DNA of 64,000 bases. Source: Tubulanus polymorphus (taxonomy: Eukaryota > Animalia > Nemertea). A program made the translations under genes and the position numbers. The notes beneath the pieces are model-generated. The model was not told where the DNA came from. It made no database searches and was given only the letters and a program-made list of their open reading frames with translations. Shown here piece after piece: positions 13,301 to 26,600 of this stretch (its first letter is position 1; each line of letters starts with the position of its first letter). The DNA lies in NCBI RefSeq assembly GCF_964204645.1, contig NC_134025.1, forward strand, positions 11,842,001-11,906,000, written 5' to 3'.

Positions 13301-15566
13301 TTAGGTCCGCCCCTGAGAAATGGGGCGAAAGCAGCATAAAGCGATCTGGAATGTAGAATGTGCTGGACGCAAAACTCCGATACTTGATACTTGTAAACTT
13401 GTTGACTAAATTTTGACAGCCACCAAAAATATTAAAAACACCCGGTACCAAAAATACCACTTGGAACCCAACCTTTGTACAACCTACGAGCGATTATCTG
13501 ATAATTGCTCGTAGGTACTACAGACCATTTTCTTTTCACACCATGTCAAGGAGTTTATTATGTACTGTGAGTTTTTTAAAGTGAAGTGCAAGTCGTTTAA
13601 ATGACACATTCCATTCTAAATTGGCATTGGTTTTCCGCTACCAGATAATACTTGAACTGATTTTGTTTCCTCAGTAATGTCAGGTATGGCTATCACTTCT
13701 AATTGCTCTTGCAGCCCTAGTACCATCGAACTCGGTCATTCTTAACCTTATCGACGAGTGAAAAATCTGGGCGATGTTTATCAATGAGTAATAATGGTAG
13801 ACAGGAGTTTTGCACACTGAATTGTTTGTTTTTCCATGGGAAAAGGTTTAACCGAATTTGTTTTGGAAAGAAATTCAATATTTTCAAGTCACCATTATCA
13901 AAATTGTCTTCAAATATCTTTACCACATTTGATCCATCAGTAATTGGTATGGCGGCGGTGTCGGATCAACGTGAATTTCATTCCAAAATAGATTGATTTA
14001 TGAATAGCTCTGGTTTCATCTATATCCATATATATTATAACCACACTGAAACACTTCTCTAACTGCATCTTATATTCGCTGAATAAAATGCTAAATGTTT
14101 AACCAAATAATATCTTATGTAATACATTAAACAATATGATACATATATATTCGTTCATGTCAATGAAATAATGCATATTCATATTCAGATGATTTAAATT
14201 ACTGAGCCCTACTTGAGTTCATTAGTGAGATTTGAAATTTTTGTATTTTCTCAACAATTTGAGTACCTCACCTTGGAGAAGTATGCGAATCATTTGAATT
14301 TTCCCTGTTCAAATTCGCCCAATAAGTTTAAGTTTAATAATTTTGCATCCAAGTTTTACTAAACAAGACGGATAGTGTGTAAGTCATTCAGTTTGTGTTT
14401 TACTGTTAGTGATTCTACATTTATTAAAAAGAAGGATGCGTATATGTGCAGTACAAATCAACAATCTCTTAAACGCAAATACATGTATCTGGATCTTTTA
14501 TGCCTTCCCTGAGTAGAATATATGTAAAGGAAGTGTGCTCACATATTTTTGGTTTTTTTAGATAAAGACGAACCTCGACGTCGGCGAAGGCGGAAACGTT
14601 GAAATCCCATTATCGGATGGTAATGTGATGAGTATACCTGTTGAGAAGATAACTTACAAACCGGAAACGCGTACGGTCAACATATCAGAGGAGATGGCTA
14701 AGACGGCCATCTGGAAACAGATCGCGATGAACGCTGAAAAAGAGAAGATCGGTGAAAAGAAAAAGTATGTAATTAGCCCATGAGCACTCAAGCCGCCCGT
14801 ATCCGCCCTGCCTATTACTCCTCAACCCGTCGTTTTTTCGTATGCTGCACAAAAACGGTTGTAGTGGGATTCGAGCCCAATAGCTGATGATGAACTAGAC
14901 ACCCGTGTCCTCAAAATACCGTACAGAAATCAACATCTTCCTATTTCAAATTCTCAAGTATTTGGAGTACGAACATGACAAATCTGAGCGCTCACTTTAA
15001 ATCTAAGTAAGTTTGGATGAATTTCCGGGGGGCCAAAAGGACACGAATTTGGTGGCCCACCTCATCAAATCTTATATCATATGAAAGCCTTGACAATTTA
15101 CTACAAAATAACATGAACTTGTAATGCATGAAAATGAACAGCTAATGAGTTATTCTGTATTGTGATAAACTTGAATTTTCTGAGGAATAATTGGCACTAC
15201 TGAGTATTCCTTGAGTGCTAATGGGTTAACGTGAGATGTCGGGTTTATCCGAGTATTTTATTTTGCAAGTTGATTGAAAATTGACTAATCTTTGACTACC
15301 GATGCATGAAAATATTGGATTTTGTATTCAGGAAAGAGAAGAAGAAAAAGAAGAAGCGATACCGCGTGGACGAACATGAAGTGCCGTTGAACGAGCAGGA
15401 CGAACTCGACGCGAACGTCGCTTTAGAGATGAAACCAGTCAACGCGGCGAGCACCGAAAAGGGACACCAAGACGAGATGGTATCGCTTATGGCTCCGGAT
15501 ATCGTTGTTGAACCGCCGACACCCGGCCAGAATTCACCTGAAAAATCGAACAATTCGCTGGCATAA
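4347..15566 (+). CDS. SLC4 family Na+-coupled bicarbonate transporter (SLC4A8/SLC4A10/Ndae1-like), 5'-partial, multi-exon
   Basis: In-phase GT-AG exons: 4347-4516, 4989-5387, 6006-6124, 6383-6557, 6642-6775, 7049-7595, 7686-7799, 7897-8064, 8150-8328, 8442-8514, 8611-8679, 8852-9028, 9502-9639, 14562-14764, 15332-15566 (TAA). Motifs: [112 protein letters not shown]. The four-Cys extracellular loop is typical of Na+-coupled members. The exact ortholog cannot be resolved. Confidence 0.95.
5418..5613 (+). mobile_element. Decayed internal copy of the piggyBac-like MITE at 44356-44644
   Basis: Shares TGTTTGAYAGGTGCTGCCATCTTTCAATAGAGA and TACAC.GC.GT.CGGTGTA motifs with 44410-44592. Confidence 0.7.
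12756..12941. mobile_element. piggyBac-like MITE
   Basis: TCAA-CCCTTTGCTATCTGC...GCAGTTAACGAAGGG-TTAA; imperfect TIRs with TTAA-type flanks. Confidence 0.45.
14777..15225. mobile_element. piggyBac-like MITE filling most of the last SLC4 intron
   Basis: 16-bp TIR CCCATGAGCACTCAAG / CTTGAGTGCTAATGGG (1 mismatch); flanks TTAG/TTAA. Confidence 0.75.
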
Positions 15567-16177
15567 TGGTTCGGCAGACGGTTCGCTGTATGCTGTAATG
15601 TGTTGTTTGATGAGCGACCTGTTTAGTGCACAATGGCTTATCTTGTATTTTAGTACTACTCTATATACATTACACTGAATGTTTAATGATACTGTATATC
15701 TGTGTATTGGGGATGTTGAACGAAGCCTCTAAGGACGGCTCGTTAGTCACGTAGAATGTTAGTACCACTACTTCAAGTTGAAATGTCACGGTGTCTATGT
15801 GCGTCGATCTGGAGTAGTAGTTTATTGATGTACGATGATACCGCACTCGGAAAGTCTCCCAACATCAGTGTTTAATCAGTTGGATTTCCCACTAGTCTAT
15901 AAAGCATCCAAATAATCTTCGGTCGTAATAAGACATTGGAAAATATAATGAAATTGTGTTCAGTAATAAAGGTATCAATGCACATTGGCCGACTTTTTAT
16001 CTTAGTTTACAATCACTAATGTTCAGCAAAATCCAGCAGTATTTTATAGGCCATTCGAAATATGACGGAAGCCTTCAATAAATGATGATCCAAAATTCCT
16101 GATTTATCTAGTCGATCACATGTTGTATTGTGATTGTCAATGGAGATATACTGAGGTTCGAGCACCGATAGCATTAA

Positions 16178-16465
16178 AGCTGCGATCACACACAGACAAT
16201 TTGGCCCGGATTAAAATGACCGTGCCAGGCCCGATTCATATTTTGCCCGCACCTAATAAGAGAGCACGTTCACACATAAACTACTCGCCCATTACTAAAA
16301 TGCTATTGAAACGATTCAGTGTTAAGCGAGGTGAGTCACTTAAAAAACCAGTTAGCGTTCAGACGCAATAATTTGATCCATGCTTTAATTTGATACTGGC
16401 CTGGTCCGATGTATTTGGTCGGACCAAATTTGAGCCGGGTCAAAAATGCTTGTGTGATCGTGACT
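16178..16465. mobile_element. PIF/Harbinger-like MITE (GCCGCGATCACAC family)
   Basis: TAA-AGCTGCGATCACAC...GTGTGATCGTGACT-TAA; internal TTGGCCCGG motifs shared with 30929-31145 and 39721-39792. Confidence 0.7.
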
Positions 16466-16725
16466 TAAATATTACGGTAGACCCTGCCTAAACCAGTACT
16501 GGTCAATCTGATGATCCATGCATTCATTTCGGTAAACGAAACATTGATTTTGCCTAGTCTGGCATTGCCCTATTCAGTAGAACTTTGACTTCATTTCCAT
16601 TCATATATCTCCTAAACTGGTAAACAGTATTAAGGCTCTAAGCAACAATACTACACTAGATTGCCTAGACTCCTAAATTAACCCCAGTTTTCATTCATAT
16701 GCTAATGTATCGTGAGTGAACCCAG

Positions 16726-16863
16726 GGACCAGTTGCATGGTCGTGACTTTAGTCCAAAAGTGGTCTTAAATCTTAAGACTGGTCTAAAGTTTGTTAGATT
16801 GGCTATAGAATTAAGTTAGTCCTAGACGGTCTGAAGTCTAAGCCTTGACTATGCAACCGGCCC
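16726..16863. mobile_element. Harbinger-like MITE with CWG target
   Basis: CAG-GGACCAGTTGCAT...ATGCAACCGGCCC-CTG. Confidence 0.7.
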
Positions 16864-19800
16864 CTGGCTTTTTCTACTTTTAACTAGGGTCCTAGAAGCT
16901 GAAAATTCATCAGTACCGATAAATAAATGAAGTGCAGATTTTTAGAATTTCAAGATTTTATTCCCAACGCCAATTACATGTTACTGTCTAGATGATCGTC
17001 TGAAATACTATGGAATGTATGTAATATGCCATTTACATTGTCATTAGGTTCCATAATTCCATACTTTTTATCGAGTAATAATTCCATACTTTTATCGAAT
17101 TCTATACTTTCATCCACTGATTTTCCCGGTTGTTCAATTCAGAGAATTCTTGATTGGCTAGAAAAATGAAGTTCTCAATTGTACCGGTTTAGGTGGTGTC
17201 TGCTGTGGTTTTGAAGGTTTTCTACACAATAAACTATTTTGTGGACCAATTATGCTGACTTGAATTCAATAGCAACTGTTCATCATCCCACATGATTGAG
17301 TAAGCCTATGTGAAATTTTCAATGATGATCTATTTTGTGTTTTGAAATTCAGGGAAACTTAATTATCTGTGTTATTTTAGGTATTCTCTTTTTTTGAGTT
17401 CTGTGGTATTCGGAACTTAACCAAGCCAGTAATCTGGCCTAGAAATAAATAAAACAGATACAATCATGTGTATACTTACTTATAAAATATATAACTTATT
17501 GATTTTACTTAGTCCATACTAACAATGCAAATAATAATAATAACAGACTCTTCCAGACTGCCCTGAAAACTTAGAATTCAGTGGCCTGTTTGGGCTGAAG
17601 CGCTGGTATATACTAAAATAAATGTAGTCAAACTTTGTTAGTATGGTTGGGTCTTGATACTAAAACTCCTCCAATGTACGACTGCCAGAGCCAGGGTCAA
17701 AGCCATACTCAAGTGGTATTTGGCCATCTTGAAGGGCACCATCGAGTAGTTGGAAGAGGACTAGGTCTGAATTGCACGAAACCTTTTCAGTACCAGGATT
17801 ACACTGTTGCCCATTAGGTTCGTAATAACGAGGTTTGACTACCGGGTATAAGCGTGTACACGTCTCGTGTTGAAATGTTTTATCGTGTTCGTGTACAAAG
17901 GTTTATCGAAAATAGTCTCTACTTAAGGCTAATGTTGTAACACATACTGGTAATGTTTTGTTTTAATGAGAGAACCCGATTACTGTAGATTTCATTATGT
18001 TGTTGAAAACTGCTTTTAGAATGATTTGATTATTGATTGGCATTGTTAGTAGAGAATATTAGAATAGGCTAGAAAATTAGAAATGTTATTATTGTAAATA
18101 ATTTTACCATGTACTTGGTAAGGATGTAAATATTGTCACATCAGTCTGATGTAGCAAATAGCGATCATACTGTAATCACTTATTTATTTTCAATAAATGA
18201 GATGAAAGATGGACAGAAATAGTAGTAGTATGATTCCCTCCTAGATTCATTTTGCTACGCTTCCCTGAATAACTGGTTTTAAAAATGTCTTGTGTTATGG
18301 TCTCTCATTTCGGTTGATGGTAAATAAACTATACGTTTTTGGAATGAGATTATGTTTGAATATAATATGGCAGAAAAATTGTAAAATGAAAAAAAATTGA
18401 AAAACTATATTTAAAGAAAAACTTGGTGATTGTACTAATTGTACAAACTCTGATGCTTGAATTCTTTTTGAATTTCACTTAAAAACAAGTATGGTTAGTA
18501 GGCAGCTATGATGTGTGATATAGAAACACAGTATCACAGATATCGCAAATATACTTAAGTATATTCTAATTAGTTTGTTTGATAATACACTTAATAAACA
18601 AAAGTCAATTTGGCCTATATTGTTTTTTTTTCGGTGGAAATTGAAAAAAAATTGGAAATAGAAAACCCACTCCAAAAAAACTTGTCGAAAGCAAAACGTT
18701 GTTGATGCAACATTTTGGCAATTTTTTTTCTCGAAAATAGAGAACAACCATATTTTTGTCAGTATTTGACTCCATGGACTCGATAACATTTGCATTCGAG
18801 TAACTTATGAATAAAATTGTGTTTTTTTTTTATAGATAAATAAAAGCAAAAAATTGAGCTTTTTGAATACCCTTACTGAAATTTAATGCCAACATAGTAA
18901 GGGGCAATAGGATATTCATTCCTCCTTAATAAATGTGTTATATTTTCTATAAATATTGAGGCGCGATAGAAATATGTGTGCTGCTCAAAAGGATTTTCAA
19001 ATTTTAACTGCATTTTTTGCTTAGGCATTGTATTACTTTGACTCCATGTAGAGCTACCTCACCATAAAATGAAGGAGTGGATGTTTTTAAGACACAAGCC
19101 AACCATATGCACTAATGCGTAATGGTCTTGCATCCGTGCTATATCATCCATACTCAGTCATCAAGATATTTTCATTCCAAGACTTAGGTTTATTAGGGAG
19201 ATATTTTGGACAGTATAAACTATAGTTTACAGGTCCAAGCTTGGACACAATGAGCCTTTGTTTCGTAGGTATGAGAGTACATGTAGACAATTCAGTTGCA
19301 GTTCTTCCAGAAAATTGGCTTAGAACTTTTCTAATCTATTGTCTCATATGTCCCCTGTCATAACTAGATTTAGGTTGAAGTTTTGACCAGCTTTAATGTT
19401 GGTTCAAGGGATAATGGCTTTGACGGTTCTTGGTCAACGCTTATATGGACTTGGGGGATTATTTGTTGTAATGGAACTGTTTTTAGTAAGGAAACTCCTG
19501 GGATTTGAGTTAGTGTCAAAACAGTAATGAACTACATGTACAATAAACCTTGCTAAATGAATATCGAACGTTTAGGACCATGAAATTCCAAGTTCGAGAA
19601 AATAGCCGTAAGCATCAGATTAAAAAAAATGTCCTTTAGCTTACGTCCCACTTGAATGTGTGAACAAGGAGAGGTTTATCGTACATGTTCATGTCCAGTT
19701 TATGGTACAGTTGCTTTGCTTTTTAGGTTGCAAAAAAAGTGAAATTGGCATTAACTGTTGTTTTTGAAGCTATTTAATCCGTAGAATACATTGGCAGTAT

Positions 19801-20470
19801 TAGCAGTATTTATTTAGAAATAATGGTAGTGAGTTGCCATTCAAGTTATTTTAGTCTCACAAATTTTGACAAATGTTAACTTAGATTAAATTTGAGTGCT
19901 TTCACTGCAGTGGTGTACACAATTGGCAGTAAAATTTAAGAGCATCAGCCATTTTTGCGCGTTGAACAGTCAAATTATTGTGTTTTAACTGCTGTTATGG
20001 TAATGTAAGTCGAGGCCCCATGTAGACCAATTATAAATGTCACCCATTCGATTTAGACCCTCTAATGTACGAAGTTGACCTGGGCGCCATATATATTGTT
20101 ATTAGTCTTATGTATATAATTAGCAGCTTATCAGCTTGTGGAAGTTAACTGTGTTACAATCAAAAAAGAAAAATAAAGAGAGATGCAATATGTCTAAATT
20201 TACTTAGTGTTGTTGCATTATACTAGGACTGACAATATTCAGATGGGTTAGAGTTTGTTACCTTGCCTATAGTGTTTACTTACAATTCCTCATGTATGAA
20301 GGTGCTCAACTCAACAGAGAAGATTGTTATTTAAGTTTGAAACCCAGACCAGCAAAATCTAACACTGCGCCAGTGAGGCCATACCGGTGAGCATAGGATG
20401 TTCCAACCACTTAACCAGTGAGGCCAGATGCTAGCAGCCAAACTCAACCTAATTAACCATAAACCTCTGT

Positions 20471-20748
20471 TTACTGCGATTATCCTGAATCGGAGTAACA
20501 TCTGTTACAGACACATCCGTCGATCCCATCCATTCGTCTTTGCCAACCCTGGTTTAGTATACAGGGCCCAGTTCCAAAGTTCTGGGTAAAGATTTGAGTT
20601 AGCTCATTGAAAATGAACTAATTTAACTCGCAACTGTAGAACTGAATCCTGATCAACCTAATCCTACTGCCATTATCCCAGAATAACACCTGTTACAGAC
20701 TTGTCCATTGATTCTTTCCATTCGTCTTTGCCAGCCCTAGTTTTGTAT
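20471..20748. repeat. Diverged ~85-bp direct duplication with an intervening Harbinger-like MITE (20565-20648)
   Basis: TACTGC.ATTATCC...CTGTTACAGAC...TCCATTCGTCTTTGCCARCCCT occurs at ~20472-20560 and ~20665-20748; CAG-GGCCCAGTTCC...AGAACTGAATC-CTG lies between the two copies. Confidence 0.65.
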
Positions 20749-23607
20749 GCTGAGGATCAACTGGCTGATGGCAGCTTGTATGTTCACCTTTTTAATGTTT
20801 TAATTTTGGACTTTAAGAGAATGTGACATACACGTATACTACTTGACTAGTACACTTTAATGTAGGTTCTTGTACTTCTTTCCAAATCGGTATGTTCACT
20901 CTATATTTAGGTGATATCGACTGATGGTTAAACCATTCGACTTGTTCAATACCCCAGCTTTAAACTCTATTTGCGCGCAGTGGCGACGGGAAGGTTGCCT
21001 CTCACTCGTCACCGATCTCATTAAAAACTACCAAAAACCCCATTTAAGAAAGAAAAAAAAACTCAGTGCGATATTTTACCATATAAAACAAGAAATAATT
21101 GTATAGTTGACTCCGCCTTTAACAGTAGCACCGGGACTGGCAATTTGTTACCATCATAGACTACGGATATAGATTTTCCGATTTTTTCCCATCGACAAAC
21201 AGTAGGATCAGAAAATCTGCTTATCATGCTTCCATTTTAAACAAACAACCGAAAGATGTTGCTTAAGACAGAGTCAACTGTACTTGAAAGCAGCATCCAA
21301 AGTTGAATATCTTTGGATATCTATCATTAAGCTCAAATTCAGCTCACAAATGACAAAAGAAACGTTGACACAATCGATTATTAATACGTTTTTTATAAAA
21401 TTTATTTCCAAATCTAATATAGATAGTATGATGGTACTCAGGATAAACCATGAAATACGATAACTGAAAATCATCCCACAAACTTCACGCAAAGTTCACA
21501 GGTCATCGCTGAAATAGCTTACCCGGTATTATGGAACAATTGGCGGCCTTAACATATATCGCTTATCTTCCAGGCCAAAATGGTTCTACTTTTCTCTATT
21601 ACTACCTTTCATTCTCCCGCTATCCCCACAACATTACAATTAAAATCTCAAAATCAATGTAAACAATTTACAAGTGAAAACAATGTTCAAAAAGGAACAG
21701 ACTCGGTATTCTTCTACCTATATTCTTTGGAAAAATTAACGTATTTTATCTACCTGCAATTATTTACGCGCGGGAGAGTCATGACTCGTATTTTCCTCCA
21801 CTGGTGCCTAATGCAGCTATCAATCTGTAGCCTTGAACTGACCCTACAGTAATTCACCAACGTAGTGGTGAAGTCTTGAGGCGGAACACCTTTTGAAAGT
21901 GTGGTGATAAAACATACCGATGTCCTGACACCAGGTTATGTTTTAACAATGAAAAGAAGGAAGAATGGTCATAAAGTACCAGAGGTCCGAAGAGTGGGTC
22001 CAGACTGCAGATTGATACCAGCATACAAATGGCTGTCAGGTTCAAATGCCTGCATGGGGGGAATAGTGATATCATGATGTCATGTTCATACTCTAGACCA
22101 TTGATAATAACCTACTTGCTAGTAAGTCAAAAATACATGTTAAAAATGGCGAACACTTCAACATCTAAAGTATCATGACAGTATAACAAAAATTATCAAA
22201 TCTCATATATAAACATTGTAATGCCACAAAACTTTGTTGCATATGTAAAACTGTAATGACAGTTTGAACACATTCGTATCAAATAATAAAACATAAGTAT
22301 ATATAGGTCATTAAAGAACATGTCCGACGTAGGCAACAAATTGATCTCATCAAGATCGCCGACACAATTCATCATTCTTGTTTATTTCAAGCAAGTGAAA
22401 AAAAAATGTCCGGAGTCGGTCGATATTCTATCTTCATCGGAAAAATCGACAAATTACGGTTAAAAAAGAACAGCTCTCAACAGAAATTACAGAATGATTA
22501 GCAAGTACAATGTACATTGTACAGTAGGCTTCACTAAACTCGGATCCGATCAACTTGAATAACTCTTTGTTATGATGTTTATTGAGATATTCTTCAGATC
22601 CATATGAATTACATACCATTGAACTAACATATCGTTCAATTCTGAGAAATATGCACGGTCCAGAAATATCTGATTTGAGCAGTCTTTTGAAGACTATGAA
22701 TATGATTAATTGTAGTAATATGATTGTCGCCGCACCATATCCTAAATCAGAGAAGCTCAGTCGATATATATCGAAGCTCAAGTTTTTTTAAATACAGGTA
22801 TCTAGAACTTGAGAAATTCACGTACACAGGACGAGAACAGGGAATTTCACGAGAAAAGGTAATAACAATAATACATCTAAACACGTTGGCAGCCAACTAG
22901 GAGACGAGTGGACCAAAGGTACTGTGGTCTTGAGGCCCTGTTTTCATAATCTCAGTGAAAATATATACATATGTTCTACTGATTTTGGGTAAACGAAACC
23001 CACAGTTGATAATCTAAAAACAAAAACCTCATCATCAAAGAAATGAGAAACTTCTCGTCTCTGATGATGTTTATTTAAAACACTCTTACATCATATAAAT
23101 GCACTAACTTAAACACATTTCATTCCATTTTTGCAAGAGGTAGGCTCAAATTTCATTTGAACAATATGAAGATAAATTCAAAATTAGATTCGAATCCATG
23201 ATTTTGCATCAAGCAGATGATGTAAAAATATTTCAGCAGGAATTATTAAGTTCATTAAGTGCGTATGCAAGCTGCATGTAGCTGGGCCCGATAAGTCAAA
23301 AGCATATGATCTGCCTATATAGCTACGTAGCCATTGACTTATGGCGTATATTTCTAATGATATTGCTGAATGAAAATGAATGAAAAAGAGAGAGTATTTT
23401 AAGACAGATGACGTTAAGTAACGATATCTATCATTTTTGTTGGTGTTCATCCTCAGAAACACATATTTGCTATTTCACCCAACGTCTCAACATTAGATAT
23501 TGGGACCACCTCATGTTCTGCATACGTACTTAATGAACTCTACTGAACTAAATACATATGGTGGACAATGGGAGTGATATTTCTGAGATTGAGCCCCTTA
23601 TTCAAAT

Positions 23608-26600
23608 TTAAAACATCCACTGGATTGGAACCCATTGAAATTCATCTTCAATCATTTTTGCCAATGATTTCAATTTTTCGACCGTTGTACCCAGATCAGT
23701 GAATTCGACGGTTGTGTCGTAAAAATGCGAATACTTTTCTAGGTCGGCCATCGTTTCAATGAAATCAGTGTTGGTCATACGAGAGCTGGCGTCGACTGTG
23801 GACCAGGTTTCTAGATATTCGGGCTGGATAAAGATCACATACGGTTTCAGATCGGCATTACGTAGCGCCTGCAAAGCCTGAAATATCGAAGATTTTTCGG
23901 TTGGGAAGAGAAACGAAGTTATGATTAAAATGCAAGTCGAGGTTATTTGAGGGTACCTGAGGACGAGGGTTTAAAATGCACACTTTCATCTGTTTCATGA
24001 TAGTTTCTACTTGAAGGTGTGTTGTTCCATATAAATAACCACGGTATTTGCTATATTCCAGAAATCTGCACAAACATGTTAACAAACTGATTAGTAAATG
24101 GAGCGAATGATGCAACCCTGACATCGATTAAAACACAGAGTTTTGCCTTACTTATGTTTTAGAATCTCTTTTTCCATATCCTCCTTTTTCAGAAAGTTAT
24201 GGTCCATGCCATCAACTTCCGTTGAATGACGTGGACGATTGGTATCTAGAAAAATAAAGACATATATAAGAACATCATCTACACTGCATGTTACATTTCA
24301 TTCATTCACGGAAGTGACAAAATGGGCATTACCAAAGGGAGATCAGCACAAACGTTTTGCAGCTCCAGAGATGTGTAAATTATTGAAGGATTTTTCTAGA
24401 ATAGGACCCTGAACCTTGCTATTCCATATCTAGATTGTCGTCAAAATATTTATACATATGATCCCTTTTAAATGAGAATTCTTGTGATCCTTGCCAAAGC
24501 ATAGTAATCTGAACCCAGAAGATCAAGCGCATGAGCACCAATCAAAGAGTTAAGATCAAAATCGTTTCTTCAAATGAGAATAGTGTAAAGTAGCCAATTG
24601 CTAACCTGATATCGAATAAAAGGTAAGAACAGACAGTACTATAAGCTTAACCGATTCGATTTGATATCACAAGCTCTGACTAACATAGTGCATATTAGCT
24701 CTATTTTCATTTTGGTATAAAAAACGCAGGATAAACTTATAACCACTGGCCTGCAGATTTTCATACGCAGATGGAAACTTACATGAAAGTGGACTCTCAA
24801 AACGATCTGGATTCGTGGTCACAAAATGTCTGGCAATTTCATTGCATCCTTCTCTGGTTGGCCCAATCAGGATAATCACACGAGGACTGCGCTCTGATGC
24901 TATATACCTGAATACTTCTTCATAGACAACAACCTTCTCATTAACATCTGTAAATATCAATACATGACTAAGAGTCAAATATACGCAAGTCAGATGTTTT
25001 GGGACTAGAAGATGTTTCTTAAACTTGGAAACTCTGACATTGAGAAGCAAGTCTTTTAATACATCACATTAGCCAGGGGCGGATCCAGGATTCTAGGAAA
25101 GAGGGGCGCCCATCTCAATAATCTCCTTAGCTGTGGATGCGTGATGGGCGCTTGGCCTCGTTACAGCGAAGCAACGGCGCCGCAGGCGGAAATTTTCGAT
25201 ATTTCTGCTTCTCACACTCATTCTGAGACAATCTTCTTAAGACCCAAAATTCAAATGTCTGAATTTAAAATTAAGACCGTTTTCTCTTTTAAATCTGTGA
25301 TATAAGTAATAAACTCTTAAAGTACGAAAGTTCTGCGTGTGTTTTATGGTCGAAAGGCCGGCGATTATCACTGCGCACGTGGCATGATACGTGGCCGCGG
25401 CATGTCCGGTACCGGGTATAAAAAAAGATTTAAACAGGTGAATAACCTGCTATCAGGAGGCACCGCGCTGGCCTAATCACCAATGTGATTGCTGTTACAT
25501 TTTCTAGTCTTGCCTATATACAATACCGATGCTTTTGTGAGGTGAGAAAACGTACGTTTTATGATAAGTGCGATAACAAAATTTGCAAAAGGGGGCGCGC
25601 GCCGGCGATGCCCCCCATGGATCCGCCACTGTTAGCTATGTTTTTTCTGGACTGATCTGATGAAGGTGGCACAGCTATTGAATGCACTATATTGAGGGAG
25701 CATTTTAAACATACTTTAACCAAACTTTTTCGCATGTATCACACATATCAACCTATCGTGCAATTGGGGATCCAAAAATGATGATTTTGATAACCCTACC
25801 TTCAGACTGGATGCAGTTGATATTTTTTTTGCTTCGTTTTGATCCTCGGCTAAACAGTCCATTCTTAAATGGGATCTTGGATTTCGTTCCCTTGAAAACA
25901 TGTATTCCCGACTTCGGCAAAGGTTTCACCGCAGCTGCTTGCCGCCTACGAAATCAAGCAAAGTTAGAATTTAATAGAACGATAACCACACTCAAACGTG
26001 GTGAACGGATAATAAGATAAAAACCCACTATTTACAGATTAAAAGAATTTAAAAAACAAGAATTTATTTATTATATCTAAAATATATATAAGACACGACA
26101 TTTCGATCTCACCCTAGAGACACCTGACGATGATCTCTAGGGTGAGATCGAAACGTCGTGTCTTATATATATTTTAGATTGAATAAATAAATTCTTGTTT
26201 TTTAGATTCTTTTAATCTGTAAATAGTGGGTTTTTATCTTATTAAAGTTAGAATTTATTGGCCGAATTTGGATATTCTTTTGCAGAATTCAATGACTAAA
26301 TTTTTCAAAAAAAATTTGAAAAGACATTGTTCCACTCTTTCCAAAGAATTTGTGTCGACCAAAAGCTTGATATTTCAAACAACAGTAGAGAACTCACTTT
26401 TCCAGCAATTTACGACTGGGCACCAGTCCAACTTTGGAGCTCAATTCTTTTCGCGCCTGCCACCATAATGGGTCATCTTGATTTACAATACGTAGAATTT
26501 CGCCAGTTTTGAAAGATAAGCCTGCCTCTTTACATGGAATGAGTGGGTCTTCGGTTGCATTATATGTGCAGCAAGTGCGAATGTTGATCATCTGTAATAG

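Noticed and set aside
16501-16547. Hammerhead-like TCAAT-CTGATGA...GAAAC-ATTGA
   Set aside because: No stem II pairing and no NUH cleavage triplet.
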